From the IMG/VR virus record IMGVR_UViG_3300028906_000009, positions 1 through 32,910 of that record: a stretch of DNA of 32,910 bases; one strand, written 5' to 3'. The stretch is from a virus. Lineage: Duplodnaviria; Caudoviricetes. The first letter of the stretch is position 1. Every line of letters starts with the position of its first letter. Positions 1 to 7,946 of the stretch are shown here, in pieces. The notes beneath the pieces were generated by a model. The model ran no database searches, was not told the DNA's origin, and saw only the letters and a program-made list of their open reading frames with translations. A program made the position numbers and the translations under genes.

Positions 1-393
1 AATCAATCGTCGAACCCTTTCCTCGGCCGCCAGTTCGCGCATGCGTTTGAGCGACTTTCGGCCGAAGTTGGGCGCCCGCAACAACTCATAGTCGGCGTGT
101 GACGACATGTCTTCGAGGGTCATGTGGCCGCCGTTGACCATCGCGTTCCAAATGCGCGTGTCGAGTTGACCGCCCTTCAGGCACTCGGGCCGCTTCGGAT
201 ACGGGAGAGTCGGGCGAGTCGTATATTCGCTCGCTCCTGGTCCATATTTCCATTCGAGCCAAAAATTCATCGAATGGATGAGGTGGTTCATCAGATCCGT
301 CTTATCCGTGTCGGGCTTGCCCTCCATCCAGAGGTCGATGACTCGACTGAGGATGAAGTGCGTCGCCGCGCTCTTGCTGTCGTAGTCTGCCAT
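1..393 (-). CDS. RNA polymerase alpha C-terminal-domain-like protein (runs off window end)
   Basis: Hand translation from ATG 393 (SD AAGGTG): MADYDSKSAATHFILSRVIDLW...LDTRIWNAMVNGGHMTLEDMSSHADYELLRAPNFGRKSLKRMREL..., open to position 1. Matches the alpha-CTD HhH motif (L.R..N.L...I..L.DL......LL..PNFGRKSL). Not in ORF track. Confidence 0.8.
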   Translation of the reverse strand, partial: MADYDSKSAATHFILSRVIDLWMEGKPDTDKTDLMNHLIHSMNFWLEWKYGPGASEYTTRPTLPYPKRPECLKGGQLDTRIWNAMVNGGHMTLEDMSSHADYELLRAPNFGRKSLKRMRELAAEERVRRLI

Positions 394-404
394 TTTCGGT
401 CACC

Positions 405-432
405 TTGACCTGGCGCAGTGTCTCCTTATTAT
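405..432 (+). promoter_or_regulatory. sigma70-type promoter candidate
   Basis: TTGACC (405-410), 16 nt spacer, TATTAT (427-432), in the divergent gap upstream of ATG 442. Confidence 0.5.
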
Positions 433-441
433 GCATGACAC

Positions 442-762
442 ATGCGCCGCTGTCTCGCCCTCTCGCTCGCCCTGGTCGCCTCGCCGGCGATCGCCGCTCA
501 TTGCCCACATGGCCAGCTGTGGCGCGTGCACCAGGACAAATGCGTGAGCCTGAGTTCGCCGGCCGCGCTTGCCTATCAATCGCCCTCGCATTGGGTGAAC
601 CAACGAATTGAGCTCAGGCTGCCCGAGCCGCCCGAGCCGCCGCTGCGCCCGGAAGAGATCCCCTCGACCGTGCCTGACGTCGACCCCGACATCATCGACA
701 TTCCGCTGACCGAGCCGGATCCGGCGACAATGGCGCTCAAGCAGCAACTGGAGAAGAAATGA
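442..762 (+). CDS. Secreted/periplasmic hypothetical protein with Pro-rich tail
   Basis: Signal-peptide-like N-terminus (MRRCLALSLALVASPAIAA). ATGA coupling to the next gene. Confidence 0.7.
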   Translation: MRRCLALSLALVASPAIAAHCPHGQLWRVHQDKCVSLSSPAALAYQSPSHWVNQRIELRLPEPPEPPLRPEEIPSTVPDVDPDIIDIPLTEPDPATMALKQQLEKK

Positions 763-1010
763 CATACTTGATCTGGTCGAATGAACACGATGGCTGGTGG
801 GGGCCTGGCGAGCGCGGCTATACGCGAACTCTTGATAAAGCTGGGCTTTACTCGCGCGAGGACGCGATCCGCATCTGCAAACACGCTCTTCCGACCTCGA
901 TGCACATTGGCCGCATCGCGGAAGTCCCGGTCAGGCTCGCGGATCTTGAGGACATCATCGCGGACGAACTGATCCGATTCGAGTGGATGGGCAAACCTCG
1001 CGACGCTTGA
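759..1010 (+). CDS. Phage hypothetical protein
   Basis: SD GGAG, ATGA overlap; YLIWSNEH..WW....GYT.....AG.Y pattern typical of small phage proteins. Confidence 0.8.
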   Translation: MTYLIWSNEHDGWWGPGERGYTRTLDKAGLYSREDAIRICKHALPTSMHIGRIAEVPVRLADLEDIIADELIRFEWMGKPRDA

Positions 1011-1069
1011 CCTGTCATGGGAAATGGCGTCACATATTCGAGCGGGGGGCAATCGTAGGAGTTAAGCTC

Positions 1070-1456
1070 ATGGCTGAAAAGGTTACCAATTACCCGCCGC
1101 CGGCGCTGCCGGTGCCGGATCGGTGGGAGCCTCGGCCGACGACGCGGAGGCTGATCCACAGCGTCCGCACCGCCGTCGAGGCTCTCTACAACGCGGCGGA
1201 CGACGCATTTCGCCGCCTGGTCGCGACAGTCAGCGCCGACGACTCGGTCCACGGGTCGCGCTCGTTCGACTGCGCGATGGCGGCGCTGATGCTCAAGAAG
1301 TACGGCAAGGACAATCGGGACAACCTCCTCGCCGACGCGCCGCTCAAGAAGGTCTGGGACTGCGCCTATCGCGTCCTGACGACCGAGAACCCCAACCTGC
1401 GCCTGAAGCACCGGCGCCAGGAGTTGCTGCGCCTGACCGCACAACCCGCCGAATAG
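1070..1456 (+). CDS. Hypothetical protein (128 aa)
   Basis: SD AGGAG before ATG 1070; high GC3; followed by a terminator. Confidence 0.75.
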   Translation: MAEKVTNYPPPALPVPDRWEPRPTTRRLIHSVRTAVEALYNAADDAFRRLVATVSADDSVHGSRSFDCAMAALMLKKYGKDNRDNLLADAPLKKVWDCAYRVLTTENPNLRLKHRRQELLRLTAQPAE

Positions 1457-1477
1457 CGACGGCCAGCGTAGCACGGG

Positions 1478-1512
1478 AGGGCCGGCGGGGAGGCGCCGGC
1501 CCTTTTCATTTT
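1478..1512 (+). terminator. Rho-independent terminator
   Basis: Stem AGGGCCGGCG / CGCCGGCCCT with 6-nt loop, followed by TTTCATTTT. Confidence 0.8.
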
Positions 1513-1526
1513 CGAGAGGAAAAACG

Positions 1527-2123
1527 ATGAATGTCGCACAGCCGCCGATTCCAGAGCGATTAAAGTTCAAACCGCGCCAGAGCAAACGCGAGCGGCCCGT
1601 CGAGACGCGAGCGCGCGTCATCGTGCGCGAATTGCTTGAGGCCGGCCTGCCGGTCAATCCGCACAAACTAGAGCGGATCTACGACATCAGCCATGTGATG
1701 TTCGACATGGCGAAGTCGGCCGAGCGGGCGCGCATCGAGGCGCTCGAGGCGCTCGACGTCGATCCGACGGCGCTGAAGCCGACCGCCAAGGCCAAGGTCG
1801 AGATCGCCAAGCGCCACGCGGTCAAGGAAGCCACCGCCGACGTCGCCAAGCGCATGCGCGAGCTCGACGAGGAGGTCCGTCGGCGCGTCCTTTCCGAGAG
1901 CAAGGAGCACCTCGAATACCTGGCCCAGGAGCGCGAGGAGGCGCGCAAGAGCGAGGCGCTCTACCGCGAGCTCATCAACAGCCACAAGCCGCTGCTGACC
2001 GCCGAAGAGTTCCGGCTGGTGCTGATGTGCCTGCACCCCGATGGCGAGCGGTCGGAGGCCAAGCTCCAAGCGGCGTTCCTCGCCTTCAACGCCAAGAAGC
2101 TGCAGCTGACAGGCCAGAAATGA
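1527..2123 (+). CDS. Coiled-coil protein with C-terminal J-domain-like HPD motif
   Basis: SD GAGG; C-terminus FRLVLMCLHPDGERSEAKLQAAFLAFN resembles helix II-HPD-helix III of a J domain. Confidence 0.7.
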   Translation: MNVAQPPIPERLKFKPRQSKRERPVETRARVIVRELLEAGLPVNPHKLERIYDISHVMFDMAKSAERARIEALEALDVDPTALKPTAKAKVEIAKRHAVKEATADVAKRMRELDEEVRRRVLSESKEHLEYLAQEREEARKSEALYRELINSHKPLLTAEEFRLVLMCLHPDGERSEAKLQAAFLAFNAKKLQLTGQK

Positions 2124-2662
2124 GCCGGGTGACGCGCGACTATCCGCGCCAGGCCGACGAGGAATACAACACCCCGCCCTGGGTCGGCGCCGTGATCGCA
2201 CGCTGGCTCGCGGGCCAGGGCGTGTACTCGATCTGGGAGCCTGCGCCAGGCCGCGGGCAACTCAGCCGCGCCCTGGTGGCGCATGGGTTTAGCGTCATCG
2301 AGACGGGCGGCGATTTCCTACAGCTGCCCCAGACGCGCCACTTTGACGCGCTGGTGACCAATCCGCCCTACGGCAAGCGCGGCGAGCTCGCCGATGCGTT
2401 CATCCGCCACGCCCTCGAGCTCGAGGTGCCGATCTTAGCGTTCCTGCTCCGGATCGACGCCGACAGCGCCAAGACCCGCGTCGACATCTTCCGCGACTGC
2501 CTGTCCTTCGCCGGCAAGATCGTGCTGCTCGACCGCATCGTCTGGTTCGAGCGCGAGGGCGCCGCCGGCCCGAGCGAGAATCACGCCTGGTTCATCTGGC
2601 AGCGTTCGCGCCAGCCGCGCCTGCGCTGGATAGCCTACGGAGGGAAGCCCCCTGTGCTATGA
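2120..2662 (+). CDS. N6-adenine DNA methyltransferase (orphan)
   Basis: YNTPPW, IWEPAPGRG (SAM-binding motif I) and VTNPPYG (motif IV). True start ATG 2120 via ATGA overlap. Confidence 0.85.
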   Translation: MSRVTRDYPRQADEEYNTPPWVGAVIARWLAGQGVYSIWEPAPGRGQLSRALVAHGFSVIETGGDFLQLPQTRHFDALVTNPPYGKRGELADAFIRHALELEVPILAFLLRIDADSAKTRVDIFRDCLSFAGKIVLLDRIVWFEREGAAGPSENHAWFIWQRSRQPRLRWIAYGGKPPVL

Positions 2663-2668
2663 TGGGGC

Positions 2669-3199
2669 ATGACGCCCGCCGAATGGAAAACCGTCATCTA
2701 CAAGATCGAGCCGCGCGCGAAGGAGTGGATCGTGCTCGGCCTGGCCGACGCGATGCCGCACATGATCGAGCGGTTCGAGATCAACACGCCGTTGCGGCAA
2801 CAGCATTTTTTGGCGCAATGCGCGCACGAATCCGATCACTTCCAGACGACGAAGGAGTACGCGACCGGCAAGGCCTACGAGGGGCGCAAGGATCTTGGGA
2901 ACACGCAGAAGGGGGATGGCGAGCGGTTCCGGGGGCGCGGCCTGATCCAGCTGACCGGCCGGTTCAATTACGAGGCGGCGTCCAAGGCGCTAGGCGAGCC
3001 CTATGTCGACGACCCGCCGCTGGTGGAGAAGTTCCCAGCCGCCGCGATCGTCAGCGGGTGGTTCTGGCATAAGAACGACATCAACAAGCACGCCGATCGG
3101 GACGACCTTCGGGCGGTGACGAAGGTCGTAAATGGCGGATACAATGGATTAAACTCCCGCCAAGCGGCTCTTACGGGCGCCAAGACCGCCTTCGCCTAG
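2669..3199 (+). CDS. Glycoside hydrolase family 19 endolysin
   Basis: FLAQCAHES, YEGRKDLGN, FRGRGLIQLTG and VNGGYNGL motifs of phage GH19 lysins. Confidence 0.92.
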   Translation: MTPAEWKTVIYKIEPRAKEWIVLGLADAMPHMIERFEINTPLRQQHFLAQCAHESDHFQTTKEYATGKAYEGRKDLGNTQKGDGERFRGRGLIQLTGRFNYEAASKALGEPYVDDPPLVEKFPAAAIVSGWFWHKNDINKHADRDDLRAVTKVVNGGYNGLNSRQAALTGAKTAFA

Positions 3200-3405
3200 T
3201 GCTGCACCTCAACCTTCATCAGTTCGTGGACGGATAGATCGCCGTCGAGCTCGGCCGCCAACCTTACGATGGTGTCGGCGTTTTCCTTGTTCAGGTGCCA
3301 CTCCTCCGACTGAGGCTCGCAGTCGTGCTGCGCGTCGCGAAACCTTTTCTCGTCTCGGCGCCACGCCTTCAGGCGCGCTTGCAACCGCTCTTCCAGCGTC
3401 GTCAT
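3196..3405 (-). CDS. Hypothetical protein (69 aa)
   Basis: SD GGAG. Its stop overlaps the convergent GH19 stop within CTAG (3196-3199). Confidence 0.65.
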   Translation of the reverse strand: MTTLEERLQARLKAWRRDEKRFRDAQHDCEPQSEEWHLNKENADTIVRLAAELDGDLSVHELMKVEVQH

Positions 3406-3958
3406 CCGTCTCTCCGTGGATCTGAGCCGCCGGAAACCCGGTCAACTCCTCAAGGACGCGCGACTGCTCGCCGCTCGGCCTGAAGCTTTCGTTTTGCCAT
3501 TCGTAATACGTGTTTCGCGAGATGCCGAGGAAGCGCGCCTTCTCGGCGACTGTGTCGCCGGGAATTTTCGCCAAGACGTCAGCCATTGGCAGCTGCAGCT
3601 GTTGACGCATGTCGCTTAGGAACCGGCGCCAGCGCGGTTGGGAGGTGGCGGCGAGCAGTTGGTCGAGCACGGTCAATTGTTCTGGAGTTACGGTCATTTC
3701 CACTGTCCTGGCCTGTTGCCGCGAGGTCGCCCACCGGCAGTTTCCAGGCTCATAGTGGCCGTTGGTGTCCTCCCGATCAATGGACAGTCCCTTGGGCGCG
3801 GGGCCCATATCAGCGACGAAGGTTGCAAAAGAAGAGCGCCAGCGGGCGCAAACAGTGATGCCTCGAGCGCCATACCACCTGTACGCCCTGGCTTTGGCGT
3901 TGAAGCAACGCTGCTTCATGCCTGACCAAGCCCAGTAGGTGCGATTGTCCCGAATCAT
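3209..3958 (-). CDS. HNH endonuclease domain fused in frame to a Cro/XRE-like HTH protein
   Basis: W.GMKQRC...YGARGITVCARW...SIDREDTNGHYEPGNCRWAT (HNH) followed by TVAEKARFLGISRNTYYEWQNESFRPS (HTH). Likely start ATG 3958; internal start ATG 3697. Confidence 0.8.
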   Translation of the reverse strand: MIRDNRTYWAWSGMKQRCFNAKARAYRWYGARGITVCARWRSSFATFVADMGPAPKGLSIDREDTNGHYEPGNCRWATSRQQARTVEMTVTPEQLTVLDQLLAATSQPRWRRFLSDMRQQLQLPMADVLAKIPGDTVAEKARFLGISRNTYYEWQNESFRPSGEQSRVLEELTGFPAAQIHGETDDDAGRAVASAPEGVAPRREKVSRRAARLRASVGGVAPEQGKRRHHRKVGGRARRRSIRPRTDEG

Positions 3959-3970
3959 TGTCCTGTGGTA

Positions 3971-3988
3971 TACATGACATGTGATGTA
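3971..3988. promoter_or_regulatory. Near-perfect palindrome, operator candidate in divergent control region
   Basis: TACATGACATGTGATGTA (one mismatched pair) lies between divergent starts 3958 and 4004. Confidence 0.55.
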
Positions 3989-4003
3989 AACGGAAGGACG
4001 GAA

Positions 4004-4306
4004 ATGTCGAGTTTGCGAGAAGCGATGGCGAGGACCGATGAGGCGTTTAAGGACGATCCCGCCGACGAGGCGTATCGCGAGCAGGTCGTCGAGGCCGGTT
4101 ACGCGGCGCAAGACGCCATAAGCCGAGCCCTGACCGTGCCGCGCGATGACGAGCGCCAAGCGCGCGAGGACGAGTTCGCGAGTTGGGCGATCGAAATTAT
4201 CGTGCGAGCTCGCCAGCGCATCGGGCGGACCAAGTGGTCGGGGACCGAGGGCGCGGTGAAACGACGAATCGTGGAGGCGCTGCGATGCCTGCCAAGCGAC
4301 GACTAG
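4004..4306 (+). CDS. Hypothetical protein (100 aa)
   Basis: SD AAGGA before ATG 4004; first gene of the rightward early operon. Confidence 0.75.
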   Translation: MSSLREAMARTDEAFKDDPADEAYREQVVEAGYAAQDAISRALTVPRDDERQAREDEFASWAIEIIVRARQRIGRTKWSGTEGAVKRRIVEALRCLPSDD

Positions 4307-4563
4307 CCGACCGCTTAGAAACCTTGCAGGTCGAATTGATGGTTGCGGCGATCGGCAACCATTTCTTTGCCGGTCAGCAACCGCCGGTCATCGGCGCGGC
4401 GCTCGCCGAGCTCATGTCGATCTTCTTGCTTAATCACCAATGCCCCAGCGACCGGGCGAAGCAGAAGGCGCTCCGCGAGGAGATCCTGACCGATTGGTGC
4501 GCCCACGTGCGCGGCCTGGTTGCCCTCGAAACCGACCCCCCAGCGAGCGAGACATTGCAATGA
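4285..4563 (+). CDS. Hypothetical protein (92 aa)
   Basis: SD GGAGG before ATG 4285 (MPAKRRLADRL...). Confidence 0.7.
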   Translation: MPAKRRLADRLETLQVELMVAAIGNHFFAGQQPPVIGAALAELMSIFLLNHQCPSDRAKQKALREEILTDWCAHVRGLVALETDPPASETLQ

Positions 4564-4757
4564 CCGAGAAGAAGAAGGGGCGCGTCGAGGACAGCAAGGT
4601 TTCGACCTCTGTCGAGTTCACGATGGCGGTCTATCTGCATTTCAAGGAACGCGGTTACGAACCCGACATTGCGCTGCAACTGACGCAGATCACCGTCCTC
4701 GACTTGCGGCTCTACGACATCATGCAATCCATCGACACGATCGTGAACAATTCTTGA
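4560..4757 (+). CDS. Hypothetical protein (65 aa)
   Basis: ATGA overlap; MTEKKKGRVEDS... Confidence 0.65.
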   Translation: MTEKKKGRVEDSKVSTSVEFTMAVYLHFKERGYEPDIALQLTQITVLDLRLYDIMQSIDTIVNNS

Positions 4758-4766
4758 GAGGCAGCT

Positions 4767-5507
4767 ATGACCGAGACGGAGATCATCGAGCGGCCGACGA
4801 CCGCCCCAGCGCAACAGTTTGGCGCGTTCTTAATGCAGGCGCTCGCCAATCCGGATATCCCGGCCGACAAGCTGCAGATCATGCTGCAGATGCGCCGCGA
4901 GATCCTGCAGGACCAGGCGCGCGAGGCCTACCAGGAGGCCTTCGCCGCGTTCTCAGCCGAGATGCCGGCGGTCGAGCGCGACGGCATGGTCGACCTCGGG
5001 CCGGGCAAGGGGAAGTTTCCCTTCACCACCTACGAGAACATGGACAAGATCCTGCGCCCGTTCCTGATCAAGCACGGGCTCTCGCTGCAGTTCTGGTCGA
5101 GCGACACGCCAGACGGGCAGACCTGGATCGTCGTTCATGGGGCGCTGATCGGCCACGGCTGGCAGCGCGAATCAGTCTATCCGGTGCCGCCCGATACCGG
5201 ACCTGGGCGCAACGCGCTGATGGCGCGCGGCTCGGCCCAGACCTACGCCAAACGCTACATCGCTGACCTGCTCTGCAACATCGTCAGGAAGGGAATCGAC
5301 GACGACGCGCGGCGCGCGATGCAGGCGTCCATCGACCCCAAGCAAGTCGCCGAGCTCAATCGACTGATCAAGCTGACCAACACCGCCGAAGCCTCGTTCC
5401 TCAAGATGATGGTGACCGACGCCGAGACGCTCGCCGACATCCGGCCGCGCGACTACCCGCGCCTGCTCATGGCGCTGCAGGAGAAAGCCCGAAAGGCGAA
5501 GAAATGA
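4767..5507 (+). CDS. erf: ERF-family single-strand annealing protein
   Basis: RPFLIKHGLSL, GSAQTYAKRY and DDDA motifs; lies near a YqaJ exonuclease. Confidence 0.88.
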   Translation: MTETEIIERPTTAPAQQFGAFLMQALANPDIPADKLQIMLQMRREILQDQAREAYQEAFAAFSAEMPAVERDGMVDLGPGKGKFPFTTYENMDKILRPFLIKHGLSLQFWSSDTPDGQTWIVVHGALIGHGWQRESVYPVPPDTGPGRNALMARGSAQTYAKRYIADLLCNIVRKGIDDDARRAMQASIDPKQVAELNRLIKLTNTAEASFLKMMVTDAETLADIRPRDYPRLLMALQEKARKAKK

Positions 5508-5734
5508 CAGCGCCCGAAGTCCACAAGCAGCTGCAGGTCGCGTTCGAGGCGCTCGAACCGATCTTCAGGGGGCTGGAAAGCGACATGCGAGCAGACACGG
5601 CGTTCGCGATCGGCGAGCTCACGGGATTTATCGCCAAGGTCAAGGCGCTGGTCGGGCGCGACATCGACGACGCGACAACTCCCAAGCCAAACGCTTTTGA
5701 AACGCTCAAGGGCGAATATTGGAGGCCGGAATGA
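5504..5734 (+). CDS. Hypothetical protein (76 aa)
   Basis: ATGA-coupled on both sides. Confidence 0.7.
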   Translation: MTAPEVHKQLQVAFEALEPIFRGLESDMRADTAFAIGELTGFIAKVKALVGRDIDDATTPKPNAFETLKGEYWRPE

Positions 5735-6459
5735 AGCACATCATGGTCGAACAGGGCAGCGCGGCCTGGTATCGCGTGCGCCTCGGCATCCCGACGGCGT
5801 CGAACTTCGACAAGATCATCACCCCCGGTGGCAAGGCCTCGACGCAGGCGCGCAAGTACAAGTACCGGCTGATCGCCGAGAGATTGTTGCGCGAATCGCA
5901 GGACGACGAGATCGGGCACGTCAAATGGGTCGCGGCCGGCAAGGAGAACGAACCCTTCGCCGTCGCTCACTTTCAGGAGGTCGAGGGCATCGAGCTCAAA
6001 AAGTGCGGGTTCATCATCACCGACGACGGCCGGCTCGGCGCGTCGCCCGATCGGCTGATCGGTCAGCGCGAAGCCATCGAGATCAAGTGTCCAGCCGCCT
6101 TCACTCAGATCGGCTACCTGCTCGACGGCATCGTCGAGAAAGACCTGGAGCAATACACGCCCCAGGTTCAGGGGCAGATCCTCGTCGGTGAGTTTGAGTG
6201 CGTCCACTTCTTCAGCTGGCACAGCCGGATGCCGCCGTTCCATAAGATCACGCTGCCGATGCCTAACTACCAGGCCACGATGCGCGGCCTGCTCAACCAG
6301 TTCTGCGACGAGCTCGATCGCGACACTGAGCGCGCCAAGGCTCTCGGGGCCTACGCGGTGTCGACGGAGATCATCACGCCGGGCGAAGCTGCCTATTCGG
6401 ACGAGGAGCCCTATCGCTTGGTGTTTCCGGAGGGAGGAGGCGACCTTGGAAGTGCATGA
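5731..6459 (+). CDS. YqaJ/lambda-exonuclease-family recombination exonuclease
   Basis: QGSAAW...RLGIPTAS, G..NEP, GASPD, EIKCP and QVQGQ motifs; SD GGAGG. Confidence 0.92.
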   Translation: MKHIMVEQGSAAWYRVRLGIPTASNFDKIITPGGKASTQARKYKYRLIAERLLRESQDDEIGHVKWVAAGKENEPFAVAHFQEVEGIELKKCGFIITDDGRLGASPDRLIGQREAIEIKCPAAFTQIGYLLDGIVEKDLEQYTPQVQGQILVGEFECVHFFSWHSRMPPFHKITLPMPNYQATMRGLLNQFCDELDRDTERAKALGAYAVSTEIITPGEAAYSDEEPYRLVFPEGGGDLGSA

Positions 6460-6658
6460 ATTTGTCTGCGCCGACTGCGATGTGGACGTGTTCAGCTTCG
6501 GCGGCGACCCCGCACTGTTCACCTTCGACGGTAAGCTAGTTTGTCAGTCGTGCCTGACCATCCGCCAGATGAAGGCGCGCGAACCGATGACGCCGGCGGC
6601 CGAGGCGGCGCTGCGCGAGATCCTGGGCTGTGTGATCCCGGTGAAGAGCAATGATTAA
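6446..6658 (+). CDS. Small Cys-rich (Zn-finger-like) protein
   Basis: SD GGAGG before TTG 6446; CADC...CQSC. Confidence 0.65.
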   Translation: MEVHEFVCADCDVDVFSFGGDPALFTFDGKLVCQSCLTIRQMKAREPMTPAAEAALREILGCVIPVKSND

Positions 6659-6899
6659 AGGCACTGCGACGGGCGCGGACGGGCGCCAAGTTCTGATGAT
6701 CGGGTTGAGCTTCGGCAACCTCGACAAGTTTCGCGCCCTGCCCGGCGACACGTTCATCAAGATCGACGGCACGGAGATGGGCTTGCCGCTCGACGTGCTG
6801 ATTTTTTCCGGCGAAACCGAGGCGCACATGCACAAGTTGGTCGCTGGCGCCATCGGGCCAGACACCAAGTTTCACATCGACCCCAAGCTAAAGTCATGA
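6651..6899 (+). CDS. Hypothetical protein (82 aa)
   Basis: Overlaps previous stop; last gene before the convergent late operon. Confidence 0.75.
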   Translation: MIKGTATGADGRQVLMIGLSFGNLDKFRALPGDTFIKIDGTEMGLPLDVLIFSGETEAHMHKLVAGAIGPDTKFHIDPKLKS

Positions 6900-6915
6900 C
6901 CCAACGGCAGCGCGT

Positions 6916-7326
6916 CTAGCGGCTGGCGAGCCAGACCATCGGCAGGACGACGGTCGCGCAATAGACCCCAAGCATGATCAGCGCCGGCGTCTTGACCGGC
7001 TCGGCGACGTCCAGCGACAGCTTGGCCAGGACGAACGCGCCGACCACCGCGAGGAGCAAGACGAATCGGACTGCGACGACCGCGACTAGCACGTTGAGCG
7101 TGGCGAGGACGCTGGCTTTCCAGGCGGCGCGGTGGATGTACTCAGCCTGTTGGACTGTCGGCTTAGGCGGCGTCGGGGGAGTCTGGGCCGTCGTCGTCGC
7201 TGTCTGAATCAAGCTCGAAAGGCTCGGGGCCTCGGGAATCACTCTCTCGCCCACCAGTTCCATTCCTTTTCGCAAAGGCCGAGGCGAATCGGCGGACTTC
7301 ACTTCCGGCTGTGCTGGTGTCGGCAT
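6916..7326 (-). CDS. Membrane protein with two C-terminal TM segments (holin candidate)
   Basis: SD AAGGA; hydrophobic stretches VLVAVVAVRFVLLLAVVGAFVLA and ALIMLGVYCATVVLPMVWL; last gene of the late operon. Holin role is inference. Confidence 0.6.
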   Translation of the reverse strand: MPTPAQPEVKSADSPRPLRKGMELVGERVIPEAPSLSSLIQTATTTAQTPPTPPKPTVQQAEYIHRAAWKASVLATLNVLVAVVAVRFVLLLAVVGAFVLAKLSLDVAEPVKTPALIMLGVYCATVVLPMVWLASR

Positions 7327-7552
7327 TGGCGAGTTTCCTTAGAGAAGCAAACATGATTTGTACTCTACCGACCGCAATTAAGGCATTTATTCTCTGTGGA
7401 ATAGTGATCCCGCCCTCGACGTCCTCGGCCTCGAGCTGATCAAGCAGGCGCGCGATTTGGGCATATAGCCGAGCGTTGACGTTGAGCGGATCGGCGGTTG
7501 TCGGTTTGCTGCTTTGGGGTGGCCCACCGGCAGTTTGCTTTCGAATAGCCAA
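7163..7552 (-). CDS. Hypothetical helical protein with acidic tail
   Basis: Protein-like DPLNVNARLYAQIARLLDQLE...; the nearest plausible start is TTG 7552, with GGAGG 10 nt upstream, inside the HNH gene. Confidence 0.55.
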   Translation of the reverse strand: MAIRKQTAGGPPQSSKPTTADPLNVNARLYAQIARLLDQLEAEDVEGGITIPQRINALIAVGRVQIMFASLRKLANADTSTAGSEVRRFASAFAKRNGTGGRESDSRGPEPFELDSDSDDDGPDSPDAA

Positions 7553-7946
7553 GGTCGTTGTCCCTCCGGTCGAGCGTCTTTCCGGGTGGCCTTTCGCCCA
7601 TGTCGGCGCGGAAGTTGGCGAACTCAAACCATCGCGCGTCATCGACCGAGATCCCGCGCGCACCGTACCACTTGTAGCTCGCGCTTTTAGGATCATCGCA
7701 GCGTTCAAGCATCCCGACCCAAGAGTACCAGGTTGGCGTTCTGGTCTGCCCATGTGTGGTCGTCTGGGCGATCAGCTTTTCGCGCCTGGCGCAACCACAG
7801 GATCGCGAGTGTCCGCTCCTCAGACTTCCGCCTCTCGTGATTTTGTCGTTGCCGCAATCGCACCGGCACAGCCAGAGACTCTGTCCTCGGCGATCGCTGC
7901 CTTGTCGCTCGATGACGACCAGCCGCCCGAAGCGTTCATTGAGCAT
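7440..7946 (-). CDS. HNH homing endonuclease (free-standing)
   Basis: FGRLVVI, WLCRCDCGN, SCGC, YGARGI and LDRRDNDLGYSKANCRWAT; SD GGAG. Confidence 0.9.
   Translation of the reverse strand: MLNERFGRLVVIERQGSDRRGQSLWLCRCDCGNDKITRGGSLRSGHSRSCGCARREKLIAQTTTHGQTRTPTWYSWVGMLERCDDPKSASYKWYGARGISVDDARWFEFANFRADMGERPPGKTLDRRDNDLGYSKANCRWATPKQQTDNRRSAQRQRSAICPNRAPA

Noticed and set aside
2120-2662. Restriction-modification system
   Set aside because: No cognate restriction endonuclease adjacent; orphan MTases are common in phages.
7512-7518. Slippery heptamer C_CCA_AAG near the HNH end as a route into the 7163 ORF
   Set aside because: A -1 shift enters the wrong frame (+1 is needed); an SD plus TTG start explains the ORF more simply.
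3209-7946. Group I introns or inteins housing the HNH genes
   Set aside because: No flanking non-coding sequence for an intron core and no intein splice motifs; both HNHs abut or overlap neighbouring genes.
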